Source: the human T2T-CHM13v2.0 reference genome, Homo sapiens. Taken from it: a DNA stretch of 64,000 nt. Positions within the stretch are counted from its first letter, which is position 1, and the number at the start of each line of letters is the position of its first letter. Positions 50,622-64,000 of this stretch are shown here, in pieces. The notes beneath the pieces are model-generated. The model worked only from the letters and a program-made list of their open reading frames with translations. It was not told where the DNA came from and did not search any database. The stretch lies in assembly GCF_009914755.1 (NCBI RefSeq), contig NC_060929.1, one strand, 5' to 3'. Both the position numbers and the translations under genes were made by a program.

Positions 50622-50989
50622 GTAAGGAGTGGGGAGAGGTGGTCAGATGTTGGTTCCTGAAAGGAACCAACACGTTCCAGCTTCTTTAAGAAGTCTACCC
50701 GGGCTCTTGGCGGGCTGGTGCCTGCTGGCTCACCTCCCGCCCTGTGCTTTCAGTCCAGGAGGAACCCTGGTACTCATCTGTCCTGAGGGGCCATTTCCAT
50801 GACTAGACCCTGATCCTTACGGTCAGTCACCTGGACTTCCCACCAATCTCCTGCCCCTCCATCTAGGCTTTGAGTTCCTGGTTCAGAGGGACATATTAGT
50901 GCTTAGTGGTGATGAGAAACGGGTCAGACAGGTCAGGGCTTGAAGTCTAGCCCATGACGGTGCACAAGGTTTTGGAGTGGCGTACTGAT

Positions 50990-51345
50990 TGAGAGCGAGG
51001 ACTCAGCCGCCAGACTGCTTGCTTGAGTTCGGATCTTGGCTGGGCTACTCTTTAGTTTGGCTAACCTCTCTGTGCAGTTTCCCTGTTTCTAAAATGAGGA
51101 TAATAATTGTACCCACCTCATAGAATTGTTGTACAGATTAAATGAGTGAACATATGTGATTGTTCTTGCTGATACAATAGCTTTGTGCTTTTGAGCTATT
51201 ATTATTGTAATTAGACTTCTCTGAGCCTCAGTTTACTTGTCTGTAACACATCTCCATAATACCTTTCCTTCCTGCTTCAGGGTTATTGTGAAGATCAAAT
51301 GACACATTCCCTTTGGAAACTCTTAAAGGCTTTACAAAGGTAAGA
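50990..51345 (+). mobile_element. two adjacent MIR fragments
   Basis: aaaatgaggataataattgtacccacctcatagaattgttg and ctctgagcctcagttt cores. Confidence 0.75.
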
Positions 51346-51629
51346 TTATTATTATTTATTATCAGATACTTGTTCCTTGGGGTTCTCCGCCACATTCCCT
51401 TTAGAAACAAAGCAGTTTCCTTCACCCTTCTCTTGCCCCAGTCTCAAGGCAGAAAACCGTGGTGTCTTGGAAACAGGAGCAGCCATGGGGTCTCCCTCCA
51501 CCTAGGAAAAGGGGCGCATAAAGCTGTGCACACAGACACATCTCTGACAGAGATTATTTCAAAGGAGGCTGCTAATTAAACCAAGAACAGAGAGCTTGTC
51601 AACATTTTACACAATTATCCCCTTCACTG

Positions 51630-51805
51630 CAGAGGTGAACCCAGGTTTTGTGGAGCCCAAAGCTTATACAATTTGGGGGGCCCTCTTTAAGAAAAAAAAT
51701 ACAAGATGATGAATATGAAATTAAGTGCAGGGTTTCGAAGGGGCCTGTGCAAATGAGGAGCACTGCCACCCAAGCTTCATTAGCTTCACAGAAAATCCAC
51801 CTCTG
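51630..51805 (-). mobile_element. MER53-like hAT MITE
   Basis: TIRs cagaggtg / cacctctg; aagcttatacaatttgggggccctctttaagaaaa, aagcttcattagcttcac. Confidence 0.8.
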
Positions 51806-52759
51806 CCACCAGGCCAGGTATGCATTTGACAAGGACTTGTTGGTTAGTTGCTTATGGCCAAAACAAACCGTTTTTTACCAACCACAGGCAGGCCAGGATC
51901 TCTAGAGGGCAGGAGCGCACAGCCTGCACCCAGACTCCAGAAGTCACCCTGTTACCAGGCTGTGGCTCCTCCACTGCCTTCACCTCAGTCTAATTGTTCC
52001 TTTTTCAAGACCCACCACCTATTTATTTTTGCTTTCAACACATTTGCATGTGATTTACATAGCATTAATATTCAGTCTCATGTTGGGAACTCTTCCTCTG
52101 CCCCGGCTTAAGCTAGATTCCTGGGACTTGGTTACCAAGTGAGATGCAACTTTCTCTCTTCTCAAAATGTAGAGGGAAAGAAATATACATCTAATTTGGG
52201 GGAGGGTGGGAGAAGGGACAGTGATGACATTTGTCTTGAAGTCAGTTTCTAGTCTCTGGCCCTCCTAGTCTATGTCTTCCTCCATATATCCCCACTGTCC
52301 CTACCCACAACCCACAACCCAATTCCACCCCAGTTTTCCTCTGATTATGAAATTGGAAGCTCACCTTCTCAAGGACACACATTCCTACCCAAATTCTGGG
52401 CTTACTGGGGCTCAAGGGTGCAGCCTCTGAAGTGAAGAGGCACATGGCATCGAGGTGCCAGCAGACAAGAGCACACAGGGATTCTTCCTCAGGTCCCCCT
52501 CTGGGAGAATCAGCCCCTTCCAGTCCCCCTGCACTGTTTGGAGGCCCAGTTTATGTGATCCCCCGACTGACGGAAACAGATGGCAGGTGGGAGTATGTGT
52601 GAGTGTGAGTGAGTGTGTGTGTGTGCATGCACGTGAGCTGTACATACATAAAAGAAATGTGCACACATGTGTGAGACAGAGAATGCCCACGTGCACATGA
52701 GTACACCCCCCCCCCCACCGCCACAAGACAGGCAGAGGAGGAGGAGGTGAGGATGTGGG

Positions 52760-52960
52760 AAGGAAATTCTCGGTTTAAAAAAACCACATTGTGGTTCTAA
52801 ATGTCATCAAAGGTGAAACTTGCTTCCTTAGCCCTGCCCTATAAAGGGAGGCAAAAAGAAGTCAGCAAGGCAAGAAAAGGTCTCAGGGCAGGGATGGGGC
52901 AGTTCTAGTGTCAACAGTGACATCACTCTCCCAGACCCCTCCGCTGAGTGGTGAGTCACC
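52760..52960. promoter_or_regulatory. candidate enhancer (RUNX x2, TCF/LEF, CArG, CRE-like, AP-1 motifs)
   Basis: Consensus motif matches within 200 bp of non-repeat sequence. Confidence 0.45.
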
Positions 52961-53312
52961 AGAGCCCACTCAATACCACAGTCTTTATGCAGTCATGAGC
53001 CGGCTCATGCTTCCATCTCCATGTGGCCTAGGCCTCACCCCCATGGTCCCCTGGGCCTGAGCTACCCCAGCCCTGGGGCTTTGCTCTCTTTTAAGCCTCT
53101 ATCAGAGAAGGCAGGGGTCCCTTCTCTGGGTAAGGCAATCAGAGACATAAATGAGAGACAAGAGAAAGAGAGACTCTTCTGTATGTGAGGGGGGTTTGGG
53201 AACAGAAGTTGAAAAGTTGCAAAACCAGTCTGAGGAAGAGGCAGAAAAAAGAGAATGGAAAAGAGAGAGTGAGAAGAGAAAGAAGAAAGAGGGAACTGGG
53301 GTTGAAGAAAAG

Positions 53313-53661
<349 letters not shown>

Positions 53662-53892
53662 TCACTTCTCAGGATTTTAGGATTGCTACTCCATTTTCCT
53701 GGCCCTCTGATCTTTTATGGGTCCCCCAGGTCTAGTGATGTAGAAGGAAGTCCAATACTGTAACCAGCACCTCTGGGAGAGGACTCCCAGTGTCTATGGT
53801 ATCATCACCACCTACCCTGACACATCTCAGCTTGGTCCCACCCTCCTTGTCAGAGATAGGGGTTGGAGGGTTTAGACATCGGTGGGGGAAGC

Positions 53893-54030
53893 AGTTGTGG
53901 TGGCTCACGTCTGTAATCCCAGCACTTTAGGAGGCCAAGGTGGGAGGATTACTTGAGGCCAGGAATTCAAGACCAGCCTGGGCAACATAGTGAGACCCCA
54001 TCTCTATAAAAAACAAAAAAAGAAAAGACA
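53893..54030 (+). mobile_element. free left Alu monomer (FLAM-like)
   Basis: Sense monomer with A tail. Confidence 0.88.
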
Positions 54031-54596
54031 AGAAATTGGGGCTGGGAGCAAAAAGTGAGAGGCACAAAAGGGAAGGCAGTACCCACTGGGGCAGCTCTGG
54101 TTTCTCTCTCAGGACCTCAGTTTTTTCCCAAGACCTTGGCACCTGCCCAACCATTGTTCCTTCTGGCCTGGCCCTCATGCTCAGTGGCAGCCTGAGCGTC
54201 ATCCCTTGTCACTGATGGGAATCAGAACAGGGGCCCCTTTATCTGACAGTGAGAGCGACTCTGCCCAGTCTCCGTGACTCGAATTTCCCAAGATGCTGCT
54301 TATTCCTGATGTAAACTGAGCTGCTCCAAGGAAATCAAAGCCTATATCTGAGTCAACAAGACAGCACCAGAGTGGCAAGACTAGGCCCTCATGAGATCAC
54401 AGATGGCTTCTGTTAGAGACCCCTGTCTGGGGATTTCTTCTCCTACTCACTGTGGTTGCCTGTCTCTACAAACAAAAGACTGCTCTTCAATTCCCTCTTC
54501 TTGACTCCCCATCACCAACATAGTGATAACAATAATAGCAACCATTTACTGGGTGCCCAATATATGCCAGAAAACTTGGTAAGTTTCTTTCTCTGT

Positions 54597-54872
54597 CTCT
54601 TTCTTCCTATTGAGACAAAGTCTCACTTGTTGGCCAGGCTGGAGTGCAATGGTGAGATCATAGCTCACTGCAACCTCAAACTCCCACCTCAGCCTACCGA
54701 GTAGCTGGGACCAAAGGTATTTGATACGGCACACAGCTGATTTTTAAATTTTTAGTGGAGGCAAGGTCTTGCAATGTTCCCACGCTGGTCTTGAACTCCT
54801 AGCCTCAAGTGATTCTCCCACCTCAGCCTTCCGAAGTGTTGGGATTACAGGCACGAGCCACAACACCTGGCT
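54597..54872 (-). mobile_element. AluJ-like element inside a MIR (~54530-55050)
   Basis: TSD tggtaagtttctt. Confidence 0.9.
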
Positions 54873-56042
54873 GGTAAGTTTCTTATGTACATTATTTCAT
54901 TGAATGCTGCAACAACATTATGGAATAATCACCATTGTGGAGCGTGGAGGAGGAAACCAAGGACTCCAGAAGTTGCCTAAGATTTCACAGCTTGAGATGG
55001 AGCTGAAATGTGAACCCAGATCTGTCTAAATTCAAATCCTCGGCTTTCCACTTTGCTTATTTTTATCTTCCCTGCCTCAACAATACATCCTCCTTTTGGG
55101 TTTTGAGGTGCAATTCAAATCTTTTATCTCCCGGAAGTATTCATCCACTCCTCCCTACCTCAGCTCTTGCTCTCACCTGCACCATCCTTAGGAGGCCCCT
55201 ATGCTGTCCCTCCTGCTGGCTCAGGTTAGATATGGAGTTCCTCCTGTGGTCCCTGGGGCTGAGGTGGTGAAAAAAATAGTGGTCAGGCCCTCAGTTCCCA
55301 CTCTCCAGGGAGGAGGAGGGGAAGGTGAATGTGGCTGGCATTTCGCACTAGGAACAACCACACGCAGTTGTTGGAGAGGTTTAGGGGCCTGTGGTGCCTT
55401 GGGTTCTGGTTCCCATCAGGAGACAACTGGCCAGGCTCCAGAGCCCCACAAATGGGAGTAAAAGAATGTGGAAAACTACCGGGTCCTCCAGGAAGCTTGG
55501 AGTGGGGCAAAGGTGGAACAAGAGCTCCGTTTCCGCCAGGACCTGTGTCCCTAAGAAGGCTGATGCTGTTATTTACCCACAGGGAAGTCACAATTTCTAA
55601 TGCTTGAGACAGAGGCAGCCTTCATTTCTAAACCTGTGTCCCTCAGGGAAGGGGACCTGTTTCAGACCTTGGAAGCCTCCCAGGCACCTCCTGATGAGCT
55701 TGGTAGAAACAGTGTGCAGCTATGGCTTTCAGGCCGTCCCAGAGCCACTTCCCACCAGACACCGTTTCCAGGCCCATGGCCAAGGGCATGTTCTGGAACT
55801 ACACCGGAAGACTCTACAGACCAGATATCCCTCAGAGACTCTGTCAGCAAGTGAGGGAGAGATCTGCAAAGAGAAAGAAGAGCAGGGCAAAGACAACTGG
55901 ATGTGCTGGCCCAGGAAGAGGAGCAGCCACACAGGGACAGAGAGTGGAAACCTGGAGATGAAGCAACGCAGCAGAGAACAGCCACCCTCCCTTCCCTGGG
56001 GTCTGGGCACTAGCGAGGCAAGGTGGCATTAGGCATGATTTA

Positions 56043-56725
<683 letters not shown>

Positions 56726-58094
56726 TATAAGGGAGTTGAGGCTCAGAGGGTGGACAGGAACTGCCCTAGATCATGCCACTCCTGAGTGAGTCTCCCATTC
56801 AGTGTTCTGGGAGCAATGAGAAGAAGGGGTGCTGGCTCCGCTGTCTTCTGGGAAGCAAGGGGACTTGAAGGGGAGGGGTCACAGTTTCTCCACCCCCACC
56901 AGACTGCACCTCCCGAAGGACCTCAGAGGCTTCTATCTCTCATCTATGAAATGTGCGGGGCCCTCAGTTCCTTGTTAATAAAAGTGAGGATGAGAACACC
57001 TGCTTTCCTTCCGTGTAGGGCTCCTGTGAGGCTCTGCTGGAAATAATGCATGGAGAAGAGCTTTGTAAGTGCAGGGTGTTATTAAGTTTGTGATTAGGCC
57101 AGGTCAGCGAGGGCTGCAGGAATAATGGGAGGATTAATGCCCAGGACGTGGCAAGGAGGAGGCTAAACTCTGCCCCATCCTCCTCCCTCGGTCACCTGCC
57201 CTGAGAAAAAGCATTTGGTGTTTCCAAATTGACTGAAATAAGAAATGTGTGGTGGCAGCAGCCTTCTCTCACTCAGCCTTCATTTGCCCAAGGCAGAGAG
57301 ATTTTAATTTTCGAGCCATAATGAGAAAAAGAAACTCAGGATTAAAGAATATTCCAGTGAAGCAGTCAAAATAGCTGCCCAGACTCTGAATCAAGCCGAG
57401 AAATATAAATTAAAAACTCCATCTCCCTCTAGCATCAGCTGGGCTTGAAGATGCCAGGCTGAGTGGCTGGCAAGGGTTCTTGCAACCCAGGTCCTGGGGT
57501 CAGCTGGCGGGCAGGCCCCACCCCAGGGTGCTGATGGGACAGGGAACCAGAGACGCACCCACCCACTCACAGGAGAGATTTACCTCCACCAAGGCTGGCT
57601 CCCCCAAGCTACAAGCCTCCTGAGTCAGGTCAGGCCCTGAATGTTGAGCTCAGGAAGTGGGGGGTGACTCCCTGGCCCCCACTGTTTAGTCTCCTAAGGC
57701 ACAGAGATGCTGCTGTCTGCTCTTGTTTGCTCTTCTCCCAAATGCTGGCTCACATGCTGCAAACCTCTTTTTGTTTCCCCGAACTCAGGCCAGTGGTCCT
57801 GGGAGTGGGAAGGAGCTGCCTGAGAAGGGGGGCACCTGAGCCTTCAGCCCGGATTCTTCTGAGCTTCAGTCTGTTCCCAAGGGAATGCCCTTCCAAATGC
57901 ACTTGCACTCAGGATGGTGGGAATGACAAGGAGCCCTGAGAAAGGTGTGTGAGCCCCAGGGCCAGGCCATACCGTTCCCTGCCCACTTGAAGCCTCACAT
58001 CCCATGGCTCCCCAAAACTGAACATCTCTTGCCCCACCCAGCCCTACTATCTTCTTGATTGCCTTTGACCATCTCCTTTCTCCTTCTCCTTTTC

Positions 58095-59345
<1,251 letters not shown>

Positions 59346-59699
59346 AGCAGCATCCACAGGAGTTCCCAGGCCTAGAGGTCCTTATGTCCCTAACAGCCAT
59401 TCGGTCGTGTGCCTCAACACCACATTATAGCCTAAATCAAAGGAGGGTGATTATTTTAGACAGATTCTAGTCAACAGCTTGAACCCGGAGGATTTCAGCT
59501 GAATCATGGAGCTGAAATAACTGCATGGAGTTGAAGTCCCTCATCCCCCCTGTCCAGGTGCCCAGCAAGTCAGGGGGTGTGGGTTGGGCTCCCTAGGAAG
59601 CTGGGAGGCCACAGACTGGGCTGGAGTCAGGGAGACAGTCTCAGTGACCTTGGGAACACTCCACCAGATTTGGGGCAGAAAAAAATGAAATCTGTTCCT

Positions 59700-60045
59700 G
59701 CATTTCAGTCCTTTCGCTTCCGCTTTCTGCCTGTTCACTCCCCTCATTTCCTGCCCACAGTCACAGGGGAGGCGGCCATCTTGGCGCAGTGGCAGGTCTG
59801 GAGGCTGGAGCCAGGATGTGGCGCTGGAATCCATCTATCTGGCTGGTTCCACACCCAGGGAAACCTGGACTCATCATCATTAGCATTCTGTTTCCTTGCC
59901 CCGAGCAAGGAGGCGCAGGGCAACAGCATAGAGGGGGCACGCCTAGAGCAAAGCAGCCCTCAGAGCTCAGAGCCCGAGTCTCAGGGCCACCCATCCTCAG
60001 CCAGCGCAGGGAGGCACTTCCGCGAGGCGCTTCCGGCGTAGTGCA
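59700..60045. promoter_or_regulatory. candidate YY1/ETS regulatory element
   Basis: ggcggccatcttgg at 59771-59784; cttccg motifs at ~59717, ~60017, ~60030. Confidence 0.4.
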
Positions 60046-60621
60046 GGGTTGGAGGAAGACCTTGGGGGTAACTCTAGGACCATAACGTGGTGAGGCTTTG
60101 GTGCTTGCGACGGACAGATTGCAGATGGCTCTCCAAACACCTGTCCGTATAATGTGGTTTTGCAGGAAAGGGGATGGATAAGGTCCCTCCCTGAGGCGGA
60201 CCTACCCTCCACCCGCTCCTTGAAGCAGCTCCAGCAGCCTCACAGGCCTAATTCATTCCTCACGTTAAGAAGCAGCCCTGGGAGAGAAGAGCCCCTACAG
60301 AGCAGGAAGCACGTGCATATTCCAATAAAGCACTCAAAGAGGTAATTATTTCTGGGCTGCCTATCCCAGCCCAGAGAACCAGCAGCCAAATTTCCAGAGC
60401 TGCTGTCGTTGCCTCTGGCTGTTGGCAAAATTAAACTTCTTGAGAAATCAGAATGAGCTGGCCCCCAGCGTGAGGGGTTGGAATTATTCCCCTGACCTGT
60501 GCCCTCTGTGTGGAGCTGGGTGTGGGTGGGGACAGGGGGAGATTATGGAGGAAGGGAGTGGGTTGTAGGCTTCCATGAGATAGCACATGCCTGTTCTGTG
60601 TACACATTGAAACACACATGG

Positions 60622-60917
60622 AGGCCAGGCATGGTGTAATTGCAGCACTTTGGTAGGCTGGGGTGGGAGGATTGCTTTAGCTCAGGAGTTCAAGACCAGC
60701 CTGGGCAACATAGCAAGATCTCATCTCTACAAATAATTTAAAAATTAGCCAGGCATGGTGACGCATGCTTATGGTCCCAGCCACTTGGGAGGCTGAGGTG
60801 GGGGGAATCGCTGGAGCCTGGGTGGTTGAGGCGGTAGTGAGCCGTGATCATGCCACTGCACTCCAGCCTGGTGACAGAGGGAAACCCTGTCTCAAAACAA
60901 AGAAAAAGAAAAAAGAA
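60622..60917 (+). mobile_element. AluJ-like element
   Basis: Sense Alu with 5' deletion. Confidence 0.9.
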
Positions 60918-62226
60918 ACGTGTGGAGTGGGTACTAAGTCTGCCTGTCACACACTGGGATGTTATGCACAGTAATGGCAGGGCCCACTGCCACTCCTCCA
61001 GCACCCAGGACAGCGCCTGGCACATAGTAGATGCTCAGTAGATACTGATTACTGAGTGAATGTGCTAGATCTCATGATAAATGCGGTGAGACTCTTCCCT
61101 AGCCTTTCATCCAGCACGGGTTCCATGCAGGTACCTTGAGAAACACATCAATACCCTACCTCCTCATCCTTCCCATGGAATGATGCTATGGGACTCTTAG
61201 TAAATGCCCCACAAAGTGAGAGATGGGCTCCTTGAGACATGTAGGGGTGGCAGTGCCCTGATTGGGCACCCCACAAAAGGGAGGCACCATCTGATGCCTC
61301 AAACCACAACTTCCTCTTCCACCCACGTCAGAAATATTTGCCTGCCTTGCTTCCACCCTCTTCTCAGGCAAATACCACTCACCCCTCCTATCTCCAGCTG
61401 CCATCTCCATCCTCATGATGTGTCTCTCTTACTGTACCAGGCACCTCTTGTGCACCACAACCAGCTCCACGCTGGCTTCAACCTGTTCATGCGTGATCTG
61501 GCAGTGCCACACCCGCAGGCCCCTGAATTTACGCCCCTGCTCTTTGCCCCAGGGCTTCTCTGTTGGCAGGAAACTGCCTGGCTTTCCTGCTTGGGCAGCC
61601 CAGTGGTGCAGGGCAGTTAATTCCTTGGGGGAAACTCTTGGCAAGGGGGGGCAGGAACCACTGGATAAATGCTTCTCTCTTTCTTGCCCTGGGTGGACAG
61701 TTGCGAATTCTTCATGAAGCTTTTCAGAATGCTCCCTGGTTGCTTGAAGCTGTGACCAACTCAAAAACTCTTCTCCTTTGGGCTCTCTTCTGTCGTCACC
61801 TGCTCCCTGGATCACAGCCTTTGATCAGGGTCAACTTTCAGGGGAGGTTGGCTTAAATCTCCCTGACTTCCCTCTGCCCTCTCTGCCTCATCCACCCCGG
61901 TTTCCTTTTAGTTCTTCAGCTCTTTCCCACACCAGGCCTTGCCAACAAGCTTTCCATATTCCCTGGAGTGCCTTTCTCTCTGCTTGGGAAATCTCTCAGC
62001 TGAGACTTGCATGACCGGAAGGAAGCAGTCACAAGAACATCGGGGAGAAAAAGAGTTCCAGGCAGAGGGAACAGCCAAGGCAAGAGCACTGAGGTAGGAG
62101 TGAAGTTGGCATGCTCAGGGCAGAGCAGGAGGGCCTTTGTGGCTTCAGCAGAGTGAGAGAAAGAGGGGCATAGAGTGCAGTTGGAGAGACCATGTGCAGT
62201 TTTGTGGGCCACAGTAGGCCGTCTGG

Positions 62227-62565
62227 ATTGTATTGTATTGTATTGTATTGTATTGTATTGTATTGTATTGTATTGTATTTTTTGAGACGGAGTCTCGCTC
62301 TGTCACCTAGGCTGGAGTGCAGTGGTGTGATCTCAGCTCACTGCAGCCTCCCCGCCCCCCAGTTCAAGAGATTCTTGTCCCTCAGCCTCCCGAGTAGCTG
62401 GGATTACAGTTGCCCGCCACCACGCCCAGCTAATTTTTGTACTTTTGTAGAGACGGGGTTTCGCCCTGTTGGCCAGGCTGGTCTGGAACTCCTGACCTCA
62501 GGTGATCTGCCTACCTCAGCCTCCCAAAGTGCAGGGATTACAGGTGTGAGCCACTGCACCCGGCC
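62227..62565 (-). mobile_element. AluS-like element with (ATTGT)~10 pentanucleotide tail (62227-62279)
   Basis: Perfect pentamer array adjoining an antisense Alu; flanked by L2 pieces. Confidence 0.95.
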
Positions 62566-63771
62566 GTAAGTCTGCATTTTAAATACATCAGGTAATAAGC
62601 TCCATGAAGGCGGGGATTCTGCTTGTCTGATTCACTGCTGGTGCCCTGTATGTAGCAGGCACTTAGTGAATGTTTGTGAAATGAATGGATGAACAGCTTA
62701 CCTTTATCTGTATCCATGTCCTAGCCACCCCTCCCCCACACAAGGTGACAGAGTAGTCTTCAACGATCACAGCTTTCAGGAGGGAGAGAAGCAGGTTGTA
62801 GGAGGAGGCTGGTTGTGTTTTCTCCTAAGAGAATCCTTTGGGAGTGAGAGCCGCGCTGGCTCTGGGTGCTGACTCCTCTCCTCTCCTGTTTTCTCCCACT
62901 TTCAATTCTGATCCCGTTGCTCAATTCTCTGCTCCCGCTAGGCTCTGCTCCTGACACCATTAGTCACCTCCCTCTGTTCTCAGCTTCCTTAATGAGCATC
63001 TGTCTTGCCTTCAGTCTGAAACAGGCCTGCCCCTGCCTGCTGCTTCCTGGGAAAACCAAGGTCTGGGGCGGGAGTGCAAGGCTCAGAGAAGGCTCCCAAT
63101 CTTTCTCCCTGCTCCTCACCATGCTCTGAGCAAGAGGTAGTGGGTGGGGGCAGAAAAAAGGATTACCTCTGGGCAAAGGAAGAGGTAAGTGGAAGACTGC
63201 TGAAGTTCAGGGGAAGGTTATAAAAGAGCCCTGGCTTCCCTGCTACGAAGAGTCCATGGAGGACAGAGTTGCACACTTTTCATTAACAAGACAAGGAATC
63301 GGCTGAGATGGCAGCAGAAGGAACAGAAGCAAAGCAGGGTCCAAAGAACCCATCCTTGGGGGCAGCTGAGGCCACAGGGCCTCTCCTCAGCTGAAGGCCT
63401 TTCTTGGGTTGGCCAGTCTCAGCCCTACTACTATTCTCCATGTGTGGAGGCAGGGAGGTGACAGAATAACCTCTTAAGGGCTCTGCCAAACACCAGAGAA
63501 CACTTGATTGAGATTCCTTGACTGTTGTTCTCTCTGAGGCAGCCCTGGGCAAGCAAGGGGCTCAGCAAGGGGCCAAGGTGATAGGGGGCTTCCATGCTGC
63601 TGTGCTATAGTAAGAGGTTGTTCCACCAGGGGCCTGCAGAAAAAAGGTGGCTCCTTCAGAGGGTAAGCTGAGGAGAGGCTAATGAAAAGACTAGTGACAG
63701 GCGACTGGGGCTGCAGGAAACTACGAGGGCCGGGAGGCACCCAGGGCCTGGCTGCAGAAGAAAGCCCTTAG

Positions 63772-64000
<229 letters not shown>

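Noticed and set aside
61204-61815. Overlapping 128-138 aa ORFs in unique sequence
   Set aside because: No recognisable homology, poly(A)/TSD or convincing exon boundaries

Overview
Primate (very likely human) genomic DNA from an Alu-dense, fairly GC-rich region that is intronic or intergenic. I recognise no intact protein-coding exon, and nearly all ORFs in the track are Alu, L1 or microsatellite translations. Solid calls: a full-length, decayed RPL10A processed pseudogene (~18517-19211), a poly(A)-tailed U13/SNORD13 retrocopy (~21698-21815) nested in a Charlie1-type hAT transposon, about 50 Alu copies or fragments, L1/L2/MIR remnants, several solo LTRs (MER65-like with intact TG..CA ends and TSD, MER34/89-like, MLT1A-like, ERVL-like) and hAT MITEs (MER5A, MER30, MER53). 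Repeat family names come from my memory of consensus sequences and many boundaries are approximate. The less ordinary signals are: three independent ~90-110 bp local templated duplications, two tiny TSD-flanked tailed retro-insertions (one apparently an LTR R-region), a twin-primed inverted L1, a repeat-poor promoter-like block at ~8.7-10.1 kb with a 200-codon ORF and a strongly triplet-periodic 33-codon ORF, and two transcription-factor motif clusters. I cannot name the host locus, and I see no convincing evidence of a wholly new biological system.
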